Assembly (NCBI GenBank): GCA_010909165.1 | Contig: MU008203.1 | Coordinates: 186,001 to 250,000, forward strand | DNA length: 64,000 nucleotides | Source: Anthoceros angustus | Lineage: Eukaryota > Plantae > Anthocerotophyta | Direction of reading: 5' to 3' | Part shown: positions 37,457 through 50,015 of the stretch, in pieces | Layout of the letters: the number at the start of each line of letters is the position of its first letter | Numbering within the stretch: position 1 is the stretch's first letter | The notes under the pieces: generated by a model | What the model was told of the DNA's origin: nothing | Databases searched by the model: none | The model's input: only the letters and a program-made list of their open reading frames with translations | Made by a program: the position numbers and the translations under genes

Positions 37457-38377
37457 GCAGGTCTATCATTAGGAGCTATGCCTCACATACTGTATGCAGG
37501 AGGAGGGGCTCACCTAGTGAAGCATGGGCAGGAAAGCATGGTGCACATGCGAGCCTGCCTATGCTGCACTGAGTGGTTCTTCCTCCCGTACTCAGGCATG
37601 TTAGTCAACCAAATCAAGAAGCAAAAGTTAGGGTTAGTCATTCCCTTTTTCTCTCTTGACCTGATTTGACCAAATTGACGGTTGAGTTTTTGGAGTCGTT
37701 TATTTGGAGCGCGCCTCCTCACTGGGAGGTAGTGAGGTCGCATCGGGCTCCATTCCTTCCATCGCCGCATGCCCATGTGGCGGTGTAGCTTGTGACGCTT
37801 CCATGGAGAAGCACCGTTTGAAGTCTCACGCTCCCCACAGCGCAGCGGAATCAGAAAATTGAACGTCGGCGGGCACCGAGCTTGGGAGATCGAGGCAGCC
37901 GGTCCGGAATTGAGTGCGATCCAATGCTGGTCGTCAACTCTGCTATGCTTGAGGTGAGCGTATCATATCCTGTAGGACCGCTCTAAGAAAGTAGCCGTTT
38001 TCTTCAATCTGAGTCGAATCGCCTTTGATTGTCGAGTTTGATCAAGCTGAAGTTGTAATTGTGCGAGAAGGGTGAAGAAGCCTCCGTCGGTGTGTTGATT
38101 AGATTAGGATTACGCCTCTCCTCTCACGCTCTGTAGAGACGGTCCACCTCTTGATTACGCAAAGACAGATGTGATTCGTGTCAGAACCGAGTTGTCAAAT
38201 CTTTGTAGCCGAATGGTAGGGTAGTTGTACTCGTAGAGGTCCAAAGAAGGTGTTAAGTGGCACCACGCCTATCACAATAAGGCGCCCACGACTTTGATGT
38301 CCGGGAGGTCCTGCCAACAACGCCCCTAGACGAGCCACCGCCTCGGCATTCTCCAAAGATCTCAGATTGCGAGCATG

Positions 38378-38388
38378 GCTCGATACCA
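38378..38388 (-). promoter_or_regulatory. tRNA-iMet primer-binding site
   Basis: TGGTATC(A)GAGC; the intact 12-mer TGGTATCAGAGC is in the duplicate copy at 41683-41694. Confidence 0.85.
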
Positions 38389-38577
38389 TAAGAAAGTGTG
38401 AGGGTGACAACACGAGCTCACCGCAGAAAGGAAGAACGCACAATGTAATTAATAATAACAATGTAATACAAACTTATATGTCAAAATTTTCTAAATACTA
38501 AGAGTCGCACTTTGACATAATTAACCCTAATATAAGCATCTATATAATAAATCTAGGGATGGATTACTTATGTAACA
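38389..38577 (-). repeat. 5' LTR (further copies at ~39315-39490 and 41695-41886)
   Basis: Differs from the 3' LTR by only a few substitutions/indels. Confidence 0.9.
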
Positions 38578-39104
38578 TCAAGTACAAGAAAAGGCCTACC
38601 TACGATTGGTGCCGTGATGCGCATCTCTCGCTCAACCCATCTACCGAGCCGATGAGGGAACAACCCATTTAAGGGCTAAGGGCCGGGGTTAGCCCCGAAT
38701 GTCGATCCCGAAACTACCAACCAAGTATGTTGTGGTTAGAGATAAGAAAAGGCCTACGTCCGATCGATGCGATGCCGGGCGTCCCGCTCAATCCATCTAA
38801 CGGATGAGGGAACAACCCGTTAAAGGGCCAAGGGTTAGGAGGGGCTAGCCCCCTCGAATGTTGATTCCGAAACTACCAGCCGCCCCAAGTATGTCGTGGT
38901 CAGAGATAAGAAAAGGCCTACCTGCGACTGGTGCTAGTGATGCCACGTCTCCCGCGTTTGCTGCCATCGTGTAAACAGCGTTGGCCAATGCCCTCTGCAA
39001 GGCGATGGAAACCCGTTGTCGAACGAAAGCTACCGCGGAGGAAAGGGGAGACTCATCGGTTGGGCGGGCGTCCACCTCTTGATTACTGCACAGGGATGTG
39101 GGCG

Positions 39105-42100
39105 ATTCAGTCGAGAAGAAGTTGTCAAATCTTGTAGCCGAATGGTAGGGTAGTTGTACTCGTAGAGGTCCAAGAAGGTGTTAAGTGGCACCGCTATCAC
39201 AATAAGGCGCCCACGACTTTGATGTCCGGGAGGTCCTTGCCAACAACGCCCCTGGGCAGCCACCACCGGCATTCTCCAAAGATCTCGGTGATTGCGAGCA
39301 TGGCTCGATACCATAAGAAAGTGTGAGGGTGACAACACGAGCTCACCGCAGCGGAAGAGCGCACAATGTAATTAATAATAACAATGTAATACAAACTTAT
39401 ATGTCAAAAACTAAATACTAAGAGTCTGCCCCTTGACATAATTAACCCTAATATAAGCATCTATATAATAAAGCAGGGATGGATTATGTAACATCAAGTA
39501 CAAGAAAAGGCCTACCTACGATTGTGTGATGCACATCTCGCTCAACCCATCTACCCGAGCGATGAGAACAACCCATTAAGGGCCAAGGGCCGGGGTTAGC
39601 CCCAATGTCGATCCCGAAACTACCAACGCCCCAAGTATGTTGTGGTTAGAGATAAGAAAAGGCCTACGTCCATCGATGCTGCGATGCGCGTCTCCGCTCA
39701 ATCCATCTACCAGCGGATAGGGAACAACCCGTTAAAGGGCCAAGGGTTGAGGAGGGCTAGCCCCTCGAATGTTGATTCCAAAACTACCGGCCCCAAGTAT
39801 GTCGTGAGATAAGAAAAGGCCTACCGCGATCGGTGCTAGTGATGCCACGTCTCCCGTTTCGCCATCGTATGTGACGTTGGCCACCTCTGCAAGGCGATGG
39901 AAACCCGTTGTCGAACGAAGCTACCGCGGAGGAAAGGGGAGACTCGCCGTCTGGCCGACGAGGTAGGCTTTAGCACAATCCTTTATGAGTCGAAATCCTT
40001 GCTCATGGCCCTGGGTCTCGATGGCGAGAGGGATGAAGGCATGGCCATTCTGTAGGCGTGTACTTGTACTTGCGGCCCAACCTAGTCTAGGTACCTTTTC
40101 CGCACGATACCTCCCTCTTCGCTTTCTTGTCCCACACAGCTTTTGACAAAGGATTCTAGAAGCTTTGGGTGATATCATCGGCTGGGCACCTTCGAGTGTA
40201 CAGGATTTCACTACAAGAATCGCAGTATTTTACAGTATTTTACAACGTAATTTACAACCTCACGTTGTAAAATGGTAAGCACGTTATTGACATTATATGT
40301 GTTAGACAAATTGATCCCGATTGGTGGGCTTCGCCGAGAATTCTATCAGGGGACTAAAGCCGAATCTAGACCACTAATGAGAAGTGCCACAGCTATACCA
40401 TTCAGGTTGTCCCATTTCTCGATTTCAGTTGCTGTAGGTGCAAGGTTTGCGTTTGGATCTGGTTTGGGGCTTGACTTATCAACCACCTTCCAAACTCCTC
40501 TACCAATGAGGGTAGACTTCATGCGGACACGCCAGACAGGGTATTGAGAGCCATTAAATCTATCTTTTTCCTTTATGTGGTTTGTGTAGACAGGACCTGA
40601 GGAGGACGATGCCTGTGCCGCGCTGGTAGACATGTTTATAGGATTGTTCACCGTGTTATTGAGTGACAATGAGTTAAACAGACGATAAGTTGATTTATGC
40701 TACTGCTTTATAGACATGCGGTGTCTATCATTAGGAGCTATGCCTCACATATGTATGCGAGGAGGAGGGGCTCACCTAGTGAAGCATGGGCGAAAGCATG
40801 GTGCACATGCGAGCTCGCCTATCTGACCGAGTGGTTCTTCCTCCGATTAGTATGTTAGTCAACCAAATCAAGAAGCAAAAGTTAGGGTTAGTCATTCCCT
40901 TTTTCTCTCTTGACCTGATTTGACCAAATTGACGGTTGAGTTTTTTGGTCGTTGCCAGGGCGCGCGCCCTCACAACTGGGAGGTAGTGAGGTCGCATCGG
41001 GCTCCATTCCTTCCATCAGGCGTCGCCAGATGCCCATGTGGCGGTGTAGCTTGTGACGCTTCCATGGAGAAGCACCGTTTGAAGTCTCACGCTCCCAAGT
41101 AAATGGAATCGAAAATTGAACGTCGGCGGGCACCGAGCTTGGGAGATCGAGGCAGCCGGTCCGGAATTGAGTGCGATCCAATGCTGGTCGTCAACTCTGC
41201 TATGCTTCTGAGGTGAGCCTGTATCACCATATCCCTGTTGTGGACTGCTCTAAGAAAGCGTTGGTGCTGTTCTTCAATCCTGAGTCGAATCTGCCTTTGA
41301 TTGTCCAGAGTTTGATCAAGCTGAAGTTGTAATTGTGCAGAGAAGGGTGAAGAAGCCTCAGGTCGGGGTGTGTTGATTAGATTAGGATTCTGCCCTCTCC
41401 TCTCACAGCGCTCTCTGTAGAGACGGTCCACCTCTTGATTACAGCACAGGATGTGGGCTGATTCAGGTCAGGAACCGAGTTGTGCTGCAAATCTTTGTAG
41501 CCGAATGGTAGGGTAGTTGTACTCGTAGAGGTCCAGCAGTGTGTTAAGTGGCACAGCCGCTGCCTATCACAATAAGGCGCCCCCACGACTTTGATGTCTG
41601 GGAGGTCCTTGCCAACAACGCCCCCTAGACGAGCCACCCTGCCTCGGCATTCTCCAAAGATCTCAGCAGATTGCAGAGCATGGCTCTGATACCATAAGAA
41701 AGTGTGAGGGTGACAACACGAGCTCACCCGCAGAGCAGAAGAACGCACAATGTAATTAATAATAACAATGTAATACAAACTTATATGTCAAAAATTTTCT
41801 AAATACTAAGAGTCGTACCCCTTGACATAATTAACCCTAATATAAGCATCTATATAATAAACGAGGGATGGATTACTTATGTAACATCAAGTACAAGAAA
41901 AGGCCTACCTACGATTGGTGCCGTGATGCCGCATCTCTCGCGCTCAACCCATCTACCCGAGCCGATAGGGAACAACCCATTTAAGGGCCAAGGGCCGGGG
42001 GGGTTAGCCCCCCTGAATGTCGATCCCGAAACTACCAACTGCCCCAAGTATGTTGTGGTTAGAGATAAGAAAAAGGCCTACGTCCGATCGATGCTGCTGA

Positions 42101-42740
42101 TGCCGCGTCTCCCGCGCTCAATCCATCTACCCCGAGCGGATAGGGAACAACCCGTTAAAGGGCCAAGGGTTAGGAGGGGCTAGCCCCCTCGAATGTTGAT
42201 TCCGAAACTACCAGCCGCCCCAAGTATGTCGTGGTCAGAGATAAGAAAAGGCCTACCTGCGACTGGTGCTAGTGATGCCACGCCTCCGCTTGTCGCCATC
42301 GTAAATGGCCATACAATGCCTGCAAGGCGATGGAAACCCGTTGTCGAACGAAAGCTACCGCGGAGGAAAGGGGGAGACTCGCCCCGTTCCGTCGATCGAG
42401 GTAGGCTTTAGCACAATCCTTTATGAGTCGTCCGAAATCCTTGCTCATGGCCCCGTGGGTCTCGATGGCGAGAGGGATGAAGGCATGGCCATTCTGTATA
42501 GGCGTGTACTTGTACTTGCGACGCCCAACCTAGAGGGTCTAGGTACCTTTTCCGTACGATACCTCCCTCTTCGGCTTTCTTGTCCCACCTGGGAGCTTTT
42601 GACAAAAGGATTCTAGAAGCTTTGGGTGATATCATCGGCCTGGGCACCTTCGAGTGTACCGCCGAGGATTTCACTACAAGAATCGCAGGTATTTTACAAC
42701 GTATTTTACAACGTAATTTACAACCTCACGTTGTAAAAAT
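39105..42740. repeat. Tandem re-occurrences of copia gag 5' end/leader/5' LTR plus right flank (probable assembly duplication)
   Basis: 39105-40270 and 40270-42740 repeat 37000-39100 and each other, differing mainly by many 1-3-bp deletions. Confidence 0.85.
41887..42510 (-). mobile_element. 3' end of a CRE-like RLE retrotransposon with ~175-bp 3' tandem repeats (also at 38583-39070, 39495-40090)
   Basis: RRKYKYTPIQNGHAFIPLAIETHGAMSKDF...AFVRQRVSIALQ, typical of the end of a restriction-like endonuclease domain; unit aagaaaaggcctac recurs at ~41896, 42067, 42244. Confidence 0.7.
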
Positions 42741-42900
42741 GGACATTTACACGTTTGTAGACTGACAGCTTAACTAGGTTGTAAAATTGCTGACGTGGCA
42801 GGGAAGATTGCCACGTCATCAAGTTGCTGACGTGGCGGCTAGCAAACTGGGCGGGTAAGGTATCTGGGTAGTCGGTTTACAATGCGTCGAGTGGAGTTAC
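42672..42900. mobile_element. CACTA (En/Spm) terminal fragment
   Basis: CACTACAAGAAT start; subterminal ttttacaac/gttgtaaaa repeats and tgacgtggc motifs in both orientations; no matching right end found. Confidence 0.6.
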
Positions 42901-42999
42901 CTGGGCGGCTAGAACAGGATATGGCGGCCCTGAATGAGAAAATGGCAGGGCTGATGATGACGTGCTCACAAATGGTGTTCTGGAGGATTCGTTACAATG

Positions 43000-43385
43000 A
43001 CATCCACATAAGATAAGGTAGAGACTTAATAAAAAGGAAGGCATGAGAAAACCCATCGGCTTGGTGGGGAACAACCCATTAAAGGCCCAAGGGCTGGGTG
43101 GGCTAGCCGCCCCGAATGTCGATCTCGAAACTACCAACCACCCCAAGTATGTTGTGGTCAGAGATAAGAAAAGGTCTACCTATGACTGGTACCGCTGATG
43201 CCTCATCTCTCGCGCTTGTTGTCGTTCTGTAAACGGCATTGGCCTACACCCTCTGCAGGGCGATAAAAACCCATTGTCGAAATCTACTGCAGAGGAAAGG
43301 GGGAGACCCACCTTGCTTCGTCGACCATGGTAGGCTTTAACACAATCCTTTGTAAGCCGTTCAAAATTTTCCCAATGGCTCGGGG
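43000..43385 (-). mobile_element. More diverged copy of the CRE-like 3' end
   Basis: Homologous to 42000-42420 (gggaacaacccatt, ccccaagtatgttgtgg, gaggaaaggggagac). Confidence 0.65.
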
Positions 43386-43667
43386 TAGATTGATTTTCCC
43401 TATCTCTTCCTTTTTATAAAGTCTCCACCACCTTTATCTTATGCAACACTGCTGCCGGTGAAGAAGTGAGGAATCTCAAACGCCGTTGTTGGCTTGATCA
43501 TTAAGCAGGGTTCGAGAGCCCTTGTCAAATTTTGCTCAAGGCGCCGAAGTTGAGTACAGTTGAGTCTTATTTACAAGGATTTGGACACCTATACGGAACG
43601 TGTACAGGTGAGCACTTAGGGTGTAGAAGGAGCAACTATCTTGTAGCTCCTTCACTCCATCTTGCCC

Positions 43668-45515
43668 ATGGATGTGGTCGACAAATGTGAAGATTGCAAG
43701 CGAGAGTGCGGCTCGTCGGACTCTTTTGTGGAGAGGACTTGTCGCGCGGAGGCTCGGGAGGAAGGACCAGTCATCGGACGCAAGACCTGTTCAGTGTGCG
43801 GGATATGGATCGGGAAACCCCACTTTCTGCTGCACGTCTTGGATGGTCGGTTGGCGGAACCGTTGGATCCGCACAGCATCGAGATGAAGCCTTCTTTGTG
43901 GAGCAATCTGCCCCAGGAGTGCTTGGAGATAATCCTGGCCAGGCTGCCTTTTGGCAGCCGCGTTCGCTTCTCCATCGTTTGCAAGACCTGGCAGTCCGTC
44001 TTGGCATCCTCAGATTTCAAGGGGTTGTGTGATTCCGTGCAGCCTCAACATGCATTCCCCGTCTGCAGCCTGCAATACAAGCCTGGTAAGTTGGCTCCTT
44101 GCAAACCGCGCTCTCTAAGGCCGTCGAAAATCCTACATTTGGAGCTTGTCAAGGTTGGCTTGTCCTTTCTTCCTCCCAAATTCCAAGCTTTCTATTCCTC
44201 AGACTACGTAGTGCAGGACGGGTTAGTTTGCATCTTCAAGGCTGAAAGACAGAAGCCTGAAAACCCTAAGGTTGAAGCTCAGCCTCTCCAGATGCCTGTC
44301 TCATTCAAATGACGCTGGGGTGGGGTTGGGGTGGAGATGGGAGTGGGCGTGGGGTGGAGATGGGAGTGGGGTGGCGGATGGGGATGAAGAAGTTGAGGAG
44401 GAGGAGGAAGAGGGGAGGGATGGAGATGGGGTTGGGGACGGGGACGATGAGGAAGACGAGGATGAGGAGGAGATGGGCGTGGGATTGGGGGTGGCAGATG
44501 GGGTTGGGGACGAAGAGGTTGCGGAGGAGGAGGAAGAGGGGAGGGATGGAGCTGGGAATGGGATCGGTGACGGTGACGGGGATGATTATGTAGACGAGGA
44601 TGAGGAGGACGAGGAAGGGGAGGCGGATGAGGACGGGGAGGAGGAGGATGATGCGGAGGATGACGATTCATTCAGGCTGTATGATAGAAATGTGGTAGGC
44701 AGCAGCATGGAGGTAGTAGGTACGAGTTTCTGCGTTGCCAATCCTATTATGAGAACTTTCAAAGAGCTGCCACCGGAGTTTGGCAAGGAAGATGACCTTC
44801 GTACCGACCGCTGGGCCAGAGTCCAGCTTGAGGTCGACGCAAGCGGGCACTTCGCCGTCATTGTTTTGTGTCACCGGAAAAGGAAACCAACTGTAACTAT
44901 CTACAGTTCCAAGGAAAATAGCTGGAAAGCCATGACCCTGCCCCATCAGCCACCTGGTTGTTCTCCAGGTTGCGCTACGACGCAAGCTTCTGGCCTCAGT
45001 ATGTTTTGTGCAATGGTAAACCGTGCGGATTTAGTCTGGGCAACTATATGAGAAGCCACAGTGTCAGAGGTTTTCAAAGGAACCGGCCATTCCAAGTTTA
45101 TGACGAATATGGGGACATGGAGCCAAGGGGTTATGTGGAATGTCTGTGCGTGGCGGGGCAGGGTTTTCTGCCTTGATCAAGACTATGAGCAGCTGAAGGT
45201 GGATTTTGGGGTTTGGGAGATGGAGGGGAGCCCATATATCTGGCGGAAGGTATCGTATCTGCCTGAGCATTTGCAGGAAATGCTCTTGGAACGTGTGGGG
45301 TACCGGCTGTGGTCTGGGGCGATGAGGTTCATCTTGGATGGAGCAACCCTGTTGGGTGATACAATGTGCTTCACTATTGCTACCCTCCATAACTGCACGC
45401 ACTTGCTGGGATACAACATTCCCGACGATACGTGGAGTGTCGTATGCAAAGGTGTGCGCACCTTCGTGTGGAGCAATTGTTCCACCTCTTCCGACCCAAT
45501 GATGTCGGTGTTTGA
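43668..45515 (+). CDS. F-box protein with acidic Gly/Val-rich insertion and C-terminal propeller-like region (frameshifted as assembled)
   Basis: WSNLPQECLEIILARLP...RFSIVCKTWQSVL F-box; FCVANPIMRTFKELPP; combining the two copies gives one uninterrupted ORF. Confidence 0.8.
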
Positions 45516-46069
45516 GAAGTTTCTGGTCAAATCCGTCAAGTGTGCATTCAGGCAGTTACGGACCTGTTGGGGAGCTCTGTCCAAGTTCTTATTTGAGTTA
45601 AATGGGTAGAACCTCAGACCGGAGAGAAGTAGCCAAACTGTGGCAGAAGGCTGCCGATTGTCTCCTGCGAGGACTAAAGCAATCATGGTTGAGAACACCA
45701 AAGCAAAGAAATACTACCCACAGCTTCCTTATGCTACTCATACGCAGTGAACGGTAGGCCCCACCTGCCTGTGCTGCAAGTCGTGTTCCAAGATTCCACT
45801 GGAATTGGCCGGAACTGTACAGGTCACAAGCTTCGACGGCGATGGTGGTAGCAATCCGTCAGCTTAGCGAGCTGCTAACCTGGTAGAAACTACAGAGTTC
45901 GACCCTGCAACTGCCCAAAACGGCAGAGCGCAGCACCAAGGAGCGGAGGGCAGAGCACAAGCATCGCAAGGCCAGTGTTGCAAGACATCATCCGGCCTCA
46001 CGCGAATGCCGATATTTATTTTGGGACAGGAGAATCTATCTCGCCGGAGGCACTAAACCCTAAACCTTG

Positions 46070-48160
46070 AAGTCCGTCTTGGCATCCTCAGATTTCAAGG
46101 GGTTGTGTGATTCCGTGCAGCCTCAACATGCATTCCCCGTCTGCAGCCTGCAATACAAGCCTGGTAAGTTGGCTCCTTGCAAACCGCGCTCTCTAAGGCC
46201 GTCGAAAATCCTACATTTGGAGCTTGTCAAGGTTGGCTTGTCCTTTCTTCCTCCCAAATTCCAAGCTTTCTATTCCTCAGACTACGTAGTGCAGGACGGG
46301 TTAGTTTGCATCTTCAAGGCTGAAAGACAGAAGCCTGAAAACCCTAAGGTTGAAGCTCAGCCTCTCCAGATGCCTGTCTCTCATTCAAATGACGCTGGGG
46401 TGGGGGTTGGGGTGGAGATGGGAGTGGGCGTGGGGGTGGAGATGGGAGTGGGGGTGGCGGATGGGGATGAAGAAGTTGAGGAGGAGGAGGAAGAGGGGAG
46501 GGATGGAGATGGGGTTGGGGACGGGGACGATGAGGAAGACGAGGATGAGGAGGAGATGGGCGTGGGATTGGGGGTGGCAGATGGGGTTGGGGACGAAGAG
46601 GTTGGTGGAGGAGGAGGAAGAGGGGAGGGATGGAGCTGGGAATGGGATCGGTGACGGTGACGGGGATGATTATGTAGACGAGGATGAGGAGGACGAGGAA
46701 GGGAGGCGGATGAGGACGGGGAGGAGGAGGATGATGCGGAGGATGACGATTCATTCAGGCTGTATGATAGAAATGTGGTAGGCAGCAGCATGGAGGTAGT
46801 AGGTACGAGTTTCTGCGTTGCCAATCCTATTATGAGAACTTTCAAAGAGCTGCCACCGGAGTTTGGCAAGGAAGATGACCTTCGTACCGACCGCTGGGCC
46901 AGAGTCCAGCTTGAGGTCGACGCAAGCGGGCACTTCGCCGTCATTGTTTTGTGTCACCGGAAAAGGAAACCAACTGTAACTATCTACAGTTCCAAGGAAA
47001 ATAGCTGGAAAGCCATGACCCTGCCCCATCAGCCACTCCGGTTGTTCTCCAGGTTGCGCTACGACGCAAGCTTCTGGCCTCAGTATGTTTTGTGCAATGG
47101 TAAACCGTGCGGATTTAGTCTGGGCAACTATATGAGAAGCCACAGTGTCAGAGGTTTTCAAAGGAACCGGCCATTCCAAGTTTATGACGAATATGGGGAT
47201 ACGGAGCCAAGGGTTATGTGGAATGTCTGTGCGTGGCGGGGCAGGGTTTTCTGCCTTGATCAAGACTATGAGCAGCTGAAGGTGGATTTTGGGGTTTGGG
47301 AGATGGAGGGGAGCCCATATATCTGGCGGAAGGTATCGTATCTGCCTGAGCATTTGCAGGAAATGCTCTTGGAACGTGTGGGGTACCGGCTGTGGTCTGG
47401 GGCGATGAGGTTCATCTTGGATGGAGCAACCCTGTTGGGTGATACAATGTGCTTCACTATTGCTACCCTCCATAACTGCACGCACTTGCTGGGATACAAC
47501 ATTCCCGACGATACGTGGAGTGTCGTATGCAAAGGTGTGCGCACCTTCGTGTGGAGCAATTCGTTCCACCTCTTCCGACCCAATGATGTCGGTGTTTGAG
47601 AAGTTTCCTGGTCAAATCCGTCAAGTGTGCATTCAGGCAGTTACGGACCTGCTGTTGGGAGCTCTGTCCAAGTTCTTATTTGAGTTAAATGGGTAGAACC
47701 TCAGACCGGAGAGAAGTAGCCAAACTGTGGCAGAAGGCTGCCGATTGTCTCCTGCGAGGACTAAAGCAATCATGGTTGAGAACACCAAAAGCAAAGAAAT
47801 ACTACCCACAGCTTTCCTTATGCTACTCATACGCAGTGAACGGTAGGCCCCACCTGCCTGTGCTGCAAGTCGTGTTCCAAGATTCCACTGGAATTGGCCG
47901 GAACTGTACAGGTCACAAGCTTCGACGGCGATGGTGGTAGCAATCCGTCAGCTTAGCGAGCTGCTAACCTGGTAGAAACTACAGAGTTCGACCCTGCAAC
48001 TGCCCAAAACGGCAGAGCGCAGCACCAAGGAGCGGAGGGGCAGAGCACAAGCATCGCAAGGCCAGTGTTGCAAGACATCATCCGGCCTCACGCGAATGCC
48101 GATATTTATTTTGGGACAGGAGAATCTATCTCGCCGGAGGCACTAAACCCTAAACCTTGA
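46070..48160 (+). repeat. Tandem near-identical duplicate of 43995-46070 (F-box 3' part)
   Basis: Essentially identical apart from small indels; starts inside the F-box ORF. Confidence 0.9.
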
Positions 48161-48730
48161 ACTTGTTCCATGGTTTTAACCTATTTCAGCTGGTGATGCC
48201 CTGCATCCCGCTGAAAGCAGCACCGAACAGACGCATTCATGTGCAGCTTCCCCACCTGAAGAGCCAGGCACAGAATCATCACGCTCCCCGTGTTACTGAA
48301 CTCATCAGTTTCTGCTCAACTCTCTCTTACCCACAGCTTGACTTTTCAACGGGAACCTCTCTGCCGTGGACGCTGGCGGCCATGGTGGTTGGGAGGGAGC
48401 GGCTGTCGATGTCGGGGCAATGGGATAAGGTGCAGAATGTGGTCACGTCCAGGGTGGATGTGCACTGCTACTTCTGATACAAGATGCCGGGTGGACTCGG
48501 AACTCGTTCGTCTTTCGCACGATGAAGCGCCCTTTGGGCTCACTGCTGGAAGGAGGTCCTAATAGAAAACTTGGAGTTGCAGTCGGATTGGTGAACGGAG
48601 AAGGGGGCCTCTGCAAGGCTTAGGCTCCTCCTCTTCTTGGATTTGAATCCGTCGTCCGTCCCGGGAAAAAGCTTGAAATTACTACCTTTTGTTAACGACC
48701 GTTGTGTGTAGAAGGACGCCCTTGCTCCTG

Positions 48731-48754
48731 TATGTATGTATGTATGTATGTATG
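48731..48754. repeat. (TATG)6 microsatellite
   Basis: Directly visible. Confidence 0.95.
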
Positions 48755-48857
48755 CGGTTCAGCGTATGCTCACCATCACAGCGATTGCGATTGCAGCAGG
48801 CACCTCATACCCGAGGCCAGGGTTGTCTATTGTAAGAGTCTGCTCACGTGGAGGGAG

Positions 48858-49625
48858 GCCTGAGGCTCTTACTTGTTTCTGCTAGTGTTATTACTTTAGA
48901 GAAAACTACCTCCCAACCTAACCATAAAACCACCTCATATATCACCATAAAACTCGAGAATATTACAAAAAAGGAGACAATCTGAATATTCGAGGATATA
49001 TCCAATACCCACCAGGTAGGCTCCTCCAGGTTACACTGGCGTCAGTCAGTGAAGCCAATTCTGGAGCCTCGAAGCTACAGCCTGCGCCGGAAACATTTGG
49101 TTAGCTCCCGGTGCCGTTGCTCCAGTCTGTGCTGTTGCCAAGACAAATGCTCTTTCCCTTCAGCCGGTGCCGATGCAATGCGAGGCCGGAGCTGTAGAAT
49201 TGTGCACCGGGCTAGATGACCTCACCTGCCGTTGTTGCTCTTGCAGGAGAAGGAAAAATGGCGCAGGCGCTGAGGGCGGCCATTACCACGATCCCGATGT
49301 GCACCCCTTGACTCCCGCCTACCAGTCTTGCCGCTCGCATCAGGCTGTGCCTAGGGCGCAGTTTTGGATAGTATGCTGCCAGAGCACTGGCCACGAAGCT
49401 CAGCCAGATGTTTCCAGGAGGTATGTTTTGGTCTGATACGCACATTGGCAGCCGGTGAGCGAGGGCTGGAGGATCGGTGCTTTCTGTTTATTGCTGGTGT
49501 TGCGTTTTGCACAGATCTTTGCTCTAGGAGGAGCCGCAGCTGCCGCGGGACTGGCGTTTCTCAACCAACCTGGAGGCCCAGGCCAGGAGGCAGCCTCCGC
49601 CGCCGACGGAGAAGAGGCCTGAGGC
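48858..49625 (+). repeat. Truncated tandem copy of 49626-50390
   Basis: Near-identical; junction at the shared 11-mer gaggcctgagg. Confidence 0.9.
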
Positions 49626-50015
49626 TCTTACTTGTTTCTGCTAGTGTTATTACTTTAGAGAAAACTACCTCCCAACCTAACCATAAAACCACCTCATATA
49701 TCACCATAAAACTCGAGAATATTACAAAAAAGGAGACAATCTGAATATTCGAGGATATATCCAATACCCACCAGGTAGGCTCCTCCAGGTTACACTGGCG
49801 TCAGTCAGTGAAGCCAATTCTGAGCCTCGAAGCTACAGCCTGCGCCGGAAACATTTGGTTAGCTCCCGGTGCCGTTGCTCCAGTCTGTGCTGTTGCCAAG
49901 ACAAATGCTCTTTCCCTTCAGCCGGTGCCGATGCAATGCGAGGCCGGAGCTGTAGAATTGTGCACCGGGCTAGATGACCTCACCTGCCGTTGTTGCTCTT
50001 GCAGGAGAAGGAAAA

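Larger units (their letters stand above)
32122..38577 (-). mobile_element. Full-length Ty1/copia LTR retrotransposon
   Basis: LTRs 38389-38577 and 32122-32313; 5-bp TSD TCAAG (32117-32121, 38578-38582); PBS and PPT; gag-PR-INT-RT-RH order. Confidence 0.93.

Noticed and set aside
43626-43655. atcttgtag as the right end of the CACTA element
   Set aside because: Lacks the terminal TAGTG; it is part of a small GAAGGAGC/GCTCCTTC hairpin instead
43995-48160. Two F-box pseudogenes
   Set aside because: Indels are complementary between the copies; one intact gene with assembly errors is more parsimonious
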